Below, piece after piece: positions 1 through 11,868 of a DNA stretch of 64,000 nt. The notes under the pieces are model-generated. The model made no database searches, was not told the DNA's origin, and saw nothing but the letters and a program-made list of their open reading frames with translations. How positions within the stretch are numbered: the first letter of the stretch is position 1; each line of letters starts with the position of its first letter. This stretch comes from the human T2T-CHM13v2.0 reference genome, Homo sapiens, in the NCBI RefSeq assembly GCF_009914755.1, contig NC_060925.1. One strand, written 5' to 3'. Made by a program: the position numbers and the translations under genes.

Positions 1-344
1 CTTCAGAAAAAGAAGTCCCCACAAAAACAGTGCTTCCCCATGGGAAGCAAGAAGCACTTTAGGAAGCTTAGAGTGGGGAAGTGATGGGGTGGTGGGCTGG
101 AGACAGCCTGAATGAAGAGAGGAGGCAGAGACAGAGGCTGAGCGGCAATGGTGGAGCTGCTGTAAGACGATGCTGGGGGCTGGCAGGTGGTCTAAAAAGC
201 CCTTTCCTGGATCCCTGTGGGTGTGAGGGATTAAAGCCTACAGGTAAAGCAACTACAGGCCCCTGCCACACCTCCTCAGGTGCTTAAAGAGTTGCCTCTG
301 TGTTCCCAGTTGTAAATGAGATCATCTTTGGTGATGTCTGGATG

Positions 345-580
345 ATAATAACCACTCTTTATTACACATTTTCTCTGTGCTTTACAGGGAGTAGGTTCTT
401 TAATCCTCCCAACATCCCTTTGCGGTAGGTGCTGTAAGTCATTTTATAGATGAGGAAATTGAGGTCTTAGAGAGGTTAGATCATTTGCCCAAGACCAACA
501 GCTAGTCAGTGGTAGAATTGGGATTTGAGCACAGAGACAGTCTGGCTACAGAGCCTGTGCTTACCGTAACCACCATGCTT
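345..580 (-). mobile_element. MIR SINE fragment
   Basis: cattttatagatgaggaaattgaggtcttagagaggtt...ggatttga MIR core. Confidence 0.6.
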
Positions 581-1089
581 TTAAATAGCAATTTTTCCTA
601 ATGAAAATTGATAGTGTAATGTCCAGAAGGTTAGAATTTAAAAAATTAAAATAAAACGGTCTCTGTCTCATGGATTCACCAGGGGACCTGGGGGAAATGC
701 CCTTGATCTTGGTTTCCAGTCTATAAAAGAACAATTATGCCATTCTTCACCCACCCATCCTACAGATGTGCTTTGAGGATGAATGAATAGATTGGTCATC
801 AGGGCTTTGAAAACCCAAGATGATTGAAGATGCCTAGTTAAATAATATGAGTAAATGAGTTTCCACATCCCTGCACAAGACTCAGGCCCCCAAACTGGAG
901 CAGCTTTCCAGCAACAGCTGGTTTGAGATTTTCAAAGCAAATTTCACGCACATTCTATGTAAGTCCAAAACCAAAATTTCCTTGTGGAACTTTCTTTTTT
1001 TTTTTTGCAGGAAATTCATCTGACGTCTCACTGAAAATCTCTAAGGCAAGCATGGTGCCCTATCAGGGATATGGTTTCCAGCCTTTTGT

Positions 1090-1412
1090 CTTTTTTTTTT
1101 TGAGGCGGAGTCTCGCTCTGTCACCCAGGTTGGAGTGCAGTGGTGCGATCTCGGCTCACTTCAACCTCTGCTTCCCGGGTTCAAGCGTTTCTCCTGCCTC
1201 AGCCTTCCCAGTAGCTAGGATCATAGGCATGTGCCACCACGACTGGCTATATATATATATATACACATATATATGTATATTTTGTATTTTTAGTAAAGAC
1301 AGGGTTTCACCATGTTGGTCAGGCTGGTCTTCAACTTCTGACCTCTTGATCTGCCCCAACCCCTGGCCTCCCAAAGTGCAGGGATTACAGGCATGAGCCA
1401 CCGTGCCTGGCC
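1090..1412 (-). mobile_element. Alu with (AT)n-expanded linker
   Basis: Antisense Alu consensus; TSD cagccttttgtcttt at 1079-1093 and 1413-1427. Confidence 0.95.
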
Positions 1413-1875
1413 CAGCCTTTTGTCTTTAAGAACCAAACATTCTTCTCTTGCTGGCCTTGAAGAGGGAGTTTGGTAAATTGGGTCAGTTAATTCTGCTCCC
1501 TTAACCCTATGCTTGTTAGTGGTCTTCATCTCTTCTACTTACTCTATTAGGACCCGCACTGTGGGAGGCTGATTACTGCAGTAGACTCCACACTGATTTC
1601 CTTACGATGTGTCTGAAGGGGTGTACAAAAGGGTTAATTTGTATATCATGAAATAAAAAACTTTCATCCTTTATCCAAACCAAAAGGAATGACAACAACC
1701 CAAGCAGGTAGTATTCTCATGTATTTTCCCAGGAAAGTTATAAATTCTTGTTGTAATCTGCAATGCAAGTAGCATTTTTAAAGATTTCAAGAGACATAAA
1801 TGGTCTTGAAATGTAGTCATAAGGGGAAGGTATTTTGGAAAAAATAACCTGAGAAATCGTCTCATGTGAACATAA

Positions 1876-1876
<1 letters not shown>

Positions 1877-1910
<34 letters not shown>
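1877..1910. repeat. (CA)17 microsatellite
   Basis: Direct reading. Confidence 0.95.
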
Positions 1911-1911
<1 letters not shown>

Positions 1912-2125
1912 TTGTAGTCTTTGATATAGTAATCTTGTTTCTGAGAATTTATGCTTAAGAAATTATCTAAAATCAGGAAATCAAGAGTTCATTGCATAGT
2001 TGTTTATAACAGCAAAACATTTGAAACAGTCAACATGTCCCAGCTACACACATGCACGTACACATGCACATATGTATATCCCAGAATATGCGTTAAAAAT
2101 TAAAATTATAAAAGCCATGTAGTAA

Positions 2126-2505
<380 letters not shown>

Positions 2506-3055
2506 TATTTCTAGAATTTCTATTCAATTTGTTTTCTACTCTGCCTCTTCATTTTTCATACTGTTCTGTTTATTCCTTATGGTCACTGTTTCTTTCACTA
2601 TTTTCTTAGTACCTTAAACATACCTCTCTAAATACTTTTTTTCCAGGTTGTTCTCAGGGTAGATTCTGTTTGTTGTGATGTTCATTTCCATGGGTCCTCT
2701 ATAAAATTTTCCTGTGAGCTCCTCGTCTTCTCCAAGGGTTGTTATCTGTAGGACTCCTCTATTCCCTGGCCTGGGAGGTGGCGATGTTGCTTTGCCTTTG
2801 CAAAACCCTAGTAATTTTAACACTCTTAGGCACATAGTGCATTTCTGTACCACCTTCCTGGAATGGCTGACTGAGGCTGAATTGAGTATGAATCCTGAAT
2901 TTGTTGAAGGAGCTCACTTCCCTAGCAAGGGCCTAATTGCATGCCTGTTGCACCTTTGGGTTCAGCTCTCACAAACCATTAGATCCCGCTTGCTTTCTGG
3001 TACCTAAACTTCCTTTCCTGCCCTCAAACTCTATTGTGCATTAAAAAATAACTTA

Positions 3056-3220
<165 letters not shown>

Positions 3221-3485
3221 TTATGCTTTACCCATCATTTCCACATGTTTGTAGTGGGACATTCATATTAACCATAAGTACCTATTTATCTTTTCTATTT
3301 GCTGCAACTATATGAAAATATATATGGATATAATCAGACTGGAAAGGACTTTGAAAATGGTATTTGTTATGGGTAGAGAGAGTAGGTTTATTGTAACTCT
3401 AGTTTGCAAACACTCTGTATTAATATATTGCCTTAAAAACAATTGTTATAAGAATTATCTTTTAAACAATTCTCTTCTGTTTCAG

Positions 3486-3623
3486 AATGCATATACTACA
3501 ACTGCTATTAATGGGACAGATTTCTGTACATCAGCAAAAGATGCATTCAAAATCTTGTCCAAGAACTCAAGTCACTTTACATCTATTAACTGCTTTGGAG
3601 ACTTCATAATTTTTCTAGGAAAG
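3486..3623 (+). CDS. SLC44A3: SLC44A3 internal coding exon (third from last), [14 protein letters not shown]...FIIFLGK
   Basis: Pyrimidine tract + ttcag acceptor, AAG|gtgaga donor; 138 nt, phase 0/0; NAY..AI.G..FC.SAK.AF motif typical of the CTL/SLC44 family. Confidence 0.95.
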
Positions 3624-3995
3624 GTGAGATATCTTGACTAAATAAAGGAGCCTGGGATTCTGAAAATTAAGCCATACAACAATTGGTTTGAAAGGGAACT
3701 ATATTTCTTGAGTACTTACTCTATAGTGGGTGCTGTGCTTCATTATCTCATTTAATCCTCAATCCCATGAGGTATCCCTACTTTGCAGAAGAGAAAATGA
3801 AGGTTTAATAACCTTTCCAGGGTACTACAATAGGTAGAGCCAGAATTTTAATCTTAGTCTTACTCTCTTACCTGTGATCAGTTCTACCATTCTGATTCCC
3901 TCTTTTTCAGGTCTAAAATGAAAATGCTACTAATCTCAGAAAATGAACGTTTGTGGGTTTCTCATTAAGAATATATGGAAAGAGTATTGAAACCT

Positions 3996-4298
<303 letters not shown>

Positions 4299-4636
4299 CT
4301 AAAAAAAGTTTTAAAGTGAATAGGCTTATTTTGGTGTTAAGTGAAAAAGCAGAATAAAAAGCTTGTGAGATATTATTACATTTATATAAATACAAAAGCT
4401 AGGCACAGATAAAATTACATATAACCTTCCTACTCGCCATTAACTGGGTTTCCTTTTGATACAGCTTTTCATTTTTTCCTCTATTTCATTCTGCCAAAAT
4501 TTCTGACAAGCATTCTTTACAATAGTGCACACACACGTTGCACACAGGAACGTATATTAAACCATTACTTGTAACTGACAAAAACATCTAAGCAACTGAT
4601 TCATAAAGATTTTCAACAAACTCTTCTTTTGCACAG

Positions 4637-4873
4637 GTGTTAGTGGTGTGTTTCACTGTTTTTGGAGGACTCATGGCTTTTAACTACAATCGGGCATTCC
4701 AGGTGTGGGCAGTCCCTCTGTTATTGGTAGCTTTTTTTGCCTACTTAGTAGCCCATAGTTTTTTATCTGTGTTTGAAACTGTGCTGGATGCACTTTTCCT
4801 GTGTTTTGCTGTTGATCTGGAAACAAATGATGGATCGTCAGAAAAGCCCTACTTTATGGATCAAGAATTTCTG
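4637..4873 (+). CDS. SLC44A3: SLC44A3 penultimate coding exon (two TM helices, ...DLETNDGSSEKPYFMDQEFL)
   Basis: ttttgcacag acceptor, CTG|gtaagc donor; 237 nt, phase 0/0; SLC44 motif FLCF..D...NDGS...PYFM. Confidence 0.95.
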
Positions 4874-5743
4874 GTAAGCAAACATTTCATTTCCAATTGC
4901 AATCTCCATGCTCGCAATCTTGAAAGTTTTGTAAAGCTGCACACACGAAAGAGGCTCATACCCAGCCTCTCTCTTCTAGAGGGCTCTGAGGCTTCTACTA
5001 CCCCCGGGCCTGAAAGTGGGATTTGCACTGAACTCTCCAAGGCTGAACCCACCTCCCTTTCTGAGAACCTTCTCCCTGAAGAAGTGAAGCTGAACAAGAA
5101 TGCTGATCAGATGGATTCCTAAGTAGCAGCAGCACTTCTTACCCTGGGCAGAAGATGTCCTGAACACAGTAGTTCAGCTCCCTTTGGTGCTCATGGCATG
5201 ATCTGGCCTTTTGGGTGGTCTAGAAGTTTAACAGTTGATCTTTTTCTAAAGCATTTTTGCATCTCCAAGCATGATGTTCATACCCACTATATTAGGGAGA
5301 GCACACTTGTGTGCTCCTCTGTGCCAGTATTGACAGATCTGCAATTCTCAGGCCCTTTATTAGCCCAGGCACACCAGTGTGAGAAAAGCCACACCCTCAG
5401 CGGAGCGCCCATACTGCTTATATCTGGAAATAGCAGGCAGCTGTTTGCAACAGCCTTTGCAACACAGTTGTTGCTTATTTGCCTTATCCTGGGTAGACAG
5501 GGATATTTTAACAGCTGAATGATGTCTCATCTCTTTTCCTTGTCTGAGTTATATGATATTTGCATACTTTTCTTTCATTCTGTTGCCATAAAAATTAGGT
5601 GTTAAAGCCCTTTTAGCTTTAAACAGAGCATTTAATGCACTCTTTGGTTCAGCAGGCACTCAATTTTTTAAGAACCACTTCTACAATTTATAATTAATGT
5701 ATCCTCATCCTTCTCCATATAAAACATAAACTACAAATTTTAC

Positions 5744-6032
<289 letters not shown>

Positions 6033-6170
6033 AAAATACAATTTTTACTTTTTACTTGTTTATTGACTTATTTGTATGTACTCTAAGGAAAGTGCTTATG
6101 ATGGTGGTATGTAGCTAGCCAGGTCTCCATCCCCTGATTTACTTTTCCAGTTAAAAATCCACCTTGAAAT

Positions 6171-6548
<378 letters not shown>

Positions 6549-6576
6549 TTAAGGCCAAGAACTTGTAAATGGCTAT

Positions 6577-7119
6577 CATTGGGACTCAGAAATTGATACT
6601 CCATAATATGGCACTTTGACATGCTGAACTGAAGAAGCCTCAAGAACTCTCTGACCTTCTCCCAAAGCACAGGATGAAGCTGTCATCTGAATGAAATCCC
6701 CTTATCTGCCTAAAGTCCAGACCCACCAAAGAAAAAAACCACCTCTGGCCCCTTCCCTGAGTTTTCCATTAACTGGACTTATATAGCAGAAACAAAGACT
6801 AAATTCAGTCAACACACCTGGACAGACTTTTGTCACAAACCACTGTCCTGTGGGCCCAACAGACTTTGTTCCCAGCCACTAAGTGTTCTTCAAGCTCATT
6901 AAACTCCCCTAAAAGTAATTCACCACCCCCATAAAATCATCCACACTTCCCCATCTCCCTTTCCCAAAAACAGAATTATCTGTACCCCATTTAGACACTC
7001 ACTGTGATTCTCCCCTGTGCTACTTTATATGCCATTTCTCCTGTTAATCTGCCTTTTGTAAGTTAATTCTTCAGCAAACCGTCAGAGGGCAAAGGAGAAG
7101 TTTTCCCTCGGCCCCTACG
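6577..7119 (+). mobile_element. Solo ERV1 LTR, MER39-like
   Basis: Start ttgggactcagaaa..gatac...tatggcactttgacatgctgaactgaagaagcctcaag and end cagagggcaaaggagaagttttccctcggcccctac match the recalled MER39 consensus. Confidence 0.7.
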
Positions 7120-7173
7120 TTATCAACAGTACAGACACATAATACTATTCTAACTTGTTCTTTTGTTTTTCAG

Positions 7174-7278
7174 AGTTTCGTAAAAAGGAGCAACAAATTA
7201 AACAATGCAAGGGCACAGCAGGACAAGCACTCATTAAGGAATGAGGAGGGAACAGAACTCCAGGCCATTGTGAGATAG
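7174..7278 (+). CDS. SLC44A3: SLC44A3 terminal coding exon SFVKRSNKLNNARAQQDKHSLRNEEGTELQAIVR*
   Basis: Strong acceptor ttgttcttttgtttttcag; in phase with the previous exon; TAG at 7276-7278; AATAAA downstream. Confidence 0.9.
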   Translation, partial: SFVKRSNKLNNARAQQDKHSLRNEEGTELQAIVR

Positions 7279-7388
7279 ATACCCATTTAGGTATCTGTAC
7301 CTGGAAAACATTTCCTTCTAAGAGCCATTTACAGAATAGAAGATGAGACCACTAGAGAAAAGTTAGTGAATTTTTTTTTAAAAGACCT

Positions 7389-7394
7389 AATAAA
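7389..7394 (+). terminator. SLC44A3: SLC44A3 proximal poly(A) signal AATAAA
   Basis: AATAAA 110 nt after the stop, followed by a T/GT-rich stretch (ttgtctttgt). Confidence 0.7.
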
Positions 7395-7575
7395 CCCTAT
7401 TCTTCCTCATTGTCTTTGTCATTATTGTTTGACCAGGTAACAATACTGGAACTATATTAGTTTACCTTTTTTTGTACAAATTAGGACAGAAAAACTCTTC
7501 TAAAACCATGTTTATATGCATCAACTTACAAAGTACACTATGTAAGAACTGAGGTAAGTTTGTAAGTGCACAACT

Positions 7576-7585
7576 AATAAATAAA
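7576..7585 (+). terminator. SLC44A3: SLC44A3 distal overlapping poly(A) signals AATAAATAAA
   Basis: Two overlapping AATAAA hexamers; T-rich downstream. Confidence 0.5.
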
Positions 7586-7626
7586 CCTTTTTAAGATAAG
7601 GATTTTGTTAGCAGAAATCTCTGGAT

Positions 7627-7797
7627 TTTTTTTTTTTAAAGGGACAGCATCTCACTATGTTCCCAAGGTTGGAGTACAGTGTCTATGCACAGGTGCCATC
7701 ATAGCTCACTGCGGCCTCCAGCTCTTAGGCTCAAGTGATCCTCCTGCCTCAGCCTCCCAAGCAGCTGGGACTACAGGCATGCCACCATGCCCAGCTT
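7627..7797 (-). mobile_element. Old Alu monomer (AluJ/FRAM-like)
   Basis: Poly-T then right-arm sequence. Confidence 0.8.
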
Positions 7798-9332
7798 GGA
7801 AAGTTGCTTTTATACAGAGTAGGATACTTCCCTACTCAGCCAATCCTGGAAATATGCTAAATGGATTAACTTTTCAAAGTACAATTCTTAGATTTGGTGA
7901 CAATAAAAGCCAAAACTGTATACTCTAACATGAACTACCACCTGAACTGGGCATGTACAGGAGAGGCAGGAGTGTAACCAATGATTTAGTCTGTGCACAT
8001 GCTCTTCCTTTTTTTCTGAATACTCTTCCTCCTCTTTGCTAATGGCAAACTCCTACTTATTCTTCAAAACCCAGCTCTGATAGCATCATGCTTCTGCAAT
8101 GCCTCTGAGCAGCATTACTTGCCCTCTCTTCTGTCCTTTTCCTCCATGCTCTTCTCTGATATGACTGTGAATCCACTTTCTGTTATGTCTCTCCACCAGA
8201 TCACATTCCGTGATGGCACACACAATTTATCCAAACTCCTGATACACAAGCACTCCTCTTACAGCAGACATTCTGGAAGAAGTGGTTTTCAACCACAGCC
8301 CCACCTGAGAAATTACCTGGAGACAGATTTTTAAAAATACTTCTGCCTGGACCTCAGAGATTTATGTAGATGGGAGTGAGGGGAAGAGCTTTTCGTTTTT
8401 AAAACTCTAACCAAATAGAAACATTTTAACATGTTGATTGGCAGCCTCATGGGAATCAATCTGACTTAAATGGCAGGGCAGGTAGTGTGATATAAGGCTT
8501 CCCTTCCCTAAACTTTGAAGAGTCAAAGATGACAAGGAAAGCCTTAGAACTCAGGTCTACTTTAAATGCAATGACTTTTTTCTTAAATGCCACCATTGAA
8601 TTAGGTTGACTCCAATAGTTTCCTTTACAAGCAGTTTCCCAGAAGCATTAAACCTAGTCATTGTGGAATGATGAGCAAATAGCCTTCACTTTTGTGGGCT
8701 CATCAAACCATGTGTATATACTCCTCATCTCTCAGCAAAAAACAGACGGTTTTCGCCCCCAAACCTAATAGAGCCAATCCTATTAGAAGACATGGCTTGG
8801 CTGAGACAATGTCGGAAAGTGTGAGTTACTAATTTTCTTTTAGTGACTGCATTTTTGTCACTATGACACCTAGCTATTGTTTGTCCTTCCCTCTGTCAGG
8901 ACTGAAGGTTTATGTTTCACTATAAACCCTGGCTTATTACCAAGCAGCACATCCTATGGCTGACCTAGCATGTTTCTTATTCATGTTTACTTACCCTAAG
9001 ATAGGAAAATTCCCCACCCCTCCTGTCAATATTCCTAAAGATTTTAAGATTATTCCAAGTTGAATTTAAGATGAATCTGGGCCAGCCAAGTCAGTGAAAT
9101 AAGCAAGGGTCAGAAAATGATTAGAATTCTGTCATTTACTATGTGTAATGGTTTCCTAAGCCTCAATCTCCTTAAGCATAGAGTGCAGTGTTGTGTGAAG
9201 TAAATAAAATGTTAATGTACCTTGTAACAGTACCTAGGAAAAAGGTACTTAAAAAAAAATCTGACCCTACCTATCTAGAAGCTAGCCAGAAAATAATCAG
9301 CCTGTGGTTCATATGAAAGTTCAAAAAAAATA

Positions 9333-9338
9333 TTTATT
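9333..9338 (-). terminator. CNN3: CNN3 distal poly(A) signal
   Basis: tttatt on + = AATAAA on -. Confidence 0.7.
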
Positions 9339-9581
9339 TATAAAAAATACAATGGGATAAGTTTATGCTGAGAAATGCAGCAATAAATACAGTTGAAGAA
9401 AACAGAGCAACTCTACATTGATACATTGGCACAAACAGGAAGAGCAAATGCATCACCCAGGCCTAAATGTCCACAGGCCACTTTTGTACATGCTCTTTTA
9501 GAAACACCACTCTGAAAAGATCTTGTTCGCTAGGTAAGAGAATGAGTACACATATAATCACAAATGCACACTGATCATGAC

Positions 9582-9587
9582 TTTATT
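9582..9587 (-). terminator. CNN3: CNN3 proximal poly(A) signal
   Basis: tttatt on + = AATAAA on -; UG-rich downstream on the - strand. Confidence 0.7.
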
Positions 9588-10096
9588 TAAAAATTAGCAA
9601 ACAATACTGTAGAAACATTGATATGTAAATTTCTAAAATGCTGCATCTTAAATTTAGTTGGCAAAGACCACATTTAGCAATAAGCATGAGTTTAGTCTTC
9701 CATGTAGAAACCAGATACACTAAACTGTAAAAAAAAAAAAAAAAAAAAAGTTTCCTATTGTTTGAAAATACCAGTTTAATATAAGATTGTAAAAATGCAC
9801 AGATTTTTGCATAAAAGAACTGGCTGTACAAGAGTACTCCCCTTTCACAGTATTCCTTTTTACTTCATATGCGAGTTATTGATTATGCTGTAGGATTTAA
9901 CTATTACAGCACTAAAAGGCAACTATTGAGGGAAGAGGCAGAAAAAGGAAAAAGGAATGTACGTAAGGCAATTTTTCTTAAAAGTACAATAAGCTTAATA
10001 GTGTTTTAGGAAGACAAGATAAAAATTACTCAAGGCTAGCTTGGTTCTCACTGAATAAAAACAAAGGACTAAATACTGAGCTCCTTCTGTGTGGAT

Positions 10097-10438
10097 CTAA
10101 TAATCAATGCCTTGGTCGCTATATTGGTAATCTCTGGGGTAGTCATCCTGGTACTCGCCATGATACTCATCAGGGTATTCTGCCTGATAATCACTATCAC
10201 TGATTTCCGAACCATTTGTTCCTGTTCCTTGGCTTCCGTTGTGAATGACAGGTTCTGTAGGAGCAGCACAGTATTTGGGATCATATACTTGCCGCCCAAG
10301 CCCATACACACTCATTCCTTTCTGGGAAGCAACTTTGTTGGTACCCATCTGTAGGGAAATTGTCGAGTTGTCCACCGGCTGTAATGTTAGCTTCTGATCA
10401 TAGATGTCTCTTCTGGTACCTGGTGCTAACATCCCTGC
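10097..10438 (-). CDS. CNN3: CNN3 exon 7 CDS (end of calponin repeat 2, repeat 3, acidic tail ...DQGIDY*)
   Basis: ctaataccag acceptor; AGMLAPGTRRDIYD...MGTNKVASQKGM...; TAG at 10099-10097; 342 nt. Confidence 0.97.
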   Translation of the reverse strand, partial: AGMLAPGTRRDIYDQKLTLQPVDNSTISLQMGTNKVASQKGMSVYGLGRQVYDPKYCAAPTEPVIHNGSQGTGTNGSEISDSDYQAEYPDEYHGEYQDDYPRDYQYSDQGIDY

Positions 10439-11721
10439 CTGGTATTAGAACATAGTATAAAAGTTAAAACAGCAGCTAGAATCTATTCTTGTGAATAATT
10501 TATAAATTATAGAATTCACATTGAATATGAACAGTAATACATGAACTTTCATTTGGTTCAGGGGTAAAGCTAGCTTAACCAAAATATCCTGATACCGAAT
10601 CACTTCCATGAAGCAATATTCATTGGCTTTTGAGCTAGGTGAGACCTTTCTTCAAAATCCTTGCTCTGCTATAAAATTACTATGTGGCCTCAAACACGTA
10701 AATTTAGCTTTAGGTTTCTCAAACTGCAAAATGGAGACATTACTACCTACTCTGGATTTAAGAGAGAATGAGACATAAAGAATGTGAAATCATAATGCTT
10801 CCACACCAGAAAGTTCCATGTGAATGCCCATGGGGACCACATACATTATCTGGGTTACCAATTTCAAAAATTTATAATATATTCAACAGAAACTATGTTG
10901 AGCAGATCTTAAGGACTTGAGTCTTTTCAAAAGGCTGAGATACAGAAGAACCAGCCACTTCACAGCCACTCCCCTCTTTTTCAGAGTACAGTAACTCATA
11001 CTTCATCTCTCTACTTACATCAAGCACACACTTCCAGGTTCAGAGTGGGTAGAAAAGTAAACGTGAGTGGCAGCTATGAGAGACATAATGCCGCACCCGG
11101 TAGGATGTGTTCCATAAGGGCAAAGTTTGATAAATCTCCCTTGGACTCGGTAAGAAAATGTTTTTCAAACCCTATCCCAGCTGTTGTTGGATGTGAGACC
11201 TGTCTGTTCTCAAATGGTTGTTGAACTTCCTTCTGAGGTGCTGGTGATCTATTTTTAACAAGGAAATATTTCTATCTTGGATGTGGTATACTGGTATTTT
11301 CACCATGTTGCATTTCCATCTCCTTATATTGACACATCTAATAGGAATGCTAGTTAAATCCTTCTTAGTGGAACACCAGGTAATTTTACCTATTAAGGGC
11401 TCCTTAAAAAAAAAAGTCAGCATTTAAATGAGCAATATTTTACTTGGATTTTGGAGCAAGAACACTGTAATAAACATATCTTTTTTTCTGCTGGCTAGGT
11501 AGAAAGGCCAGCTGTTCTAACTGCCAACAAAAACCACGAGACACATCATGCTTTTGCTGCTATCGAAAAGGTCTTTTGATTATTTTGCTTTCCCAGCAAA
11601 GTCCACATTCCTGAAGGAATATACTCTAAATAAACTATACAAAAAATACCTACTTTAAACTTCTGGTTAATAAAAATAAGGTAAGTGTACTCTTGTACAC
11701 GTATAAAAAGGTATTGCTTAC

Positions 11722-11868
11722 CTGGCTGGCTCCTTTATTAGTGCCCATCTGCAGACTAATTGTGGTCTGGTCAAAAGGTTTGTCAGTTTGCATTTTGGGA
11801 TCATAAAGATGCCTCCTAGTCCCGTAAGCTGTCATACCTGCCTGGCTGGCACATTTGTTGGTTCCCAT
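11722..11868 (-). CDS. CNN3: CNN3 exon 6 ([12 protein letters not shown]...MGTNKGASQ, calponin repeats)
   Basis: aag acceptor, CAG|gtaagc donor; 147 nt; calponin/CLIK23 repeat motif. Confidence 0.97.

Larger units (their letters stand above)
9315..10096 (-). other. CNN3: CNN3 3' UTR (AU-rich, U21 tract at 9729-9749)
   Basis: Lies between the stop codon and the distal AATAAA; 3' end approximate. Confidence 0.8.

Noticed and set aside
923-1401. ORFs such as 923-1396, and the many ...[10 protein letters not shown].../...[11 protein letters not shown]... ORFs across the window
   Set aside because: Translations of Alu sequence, not genes
9995-10099. Possible stop-codon readthrough of CNN3 adding about 33 aa
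   Set aside because: Context is UAG-A, not the leaky UGA-CUAG type; no other support
10069-10354. Hydrophobic antisense ORF 10091-10354 (looks like a TM peptide) and shifted-frame ORF 10069-10311
   Set aside because: Mirror or alternate frames of the repetitive D/E/Y-rich CNN3 tail codons
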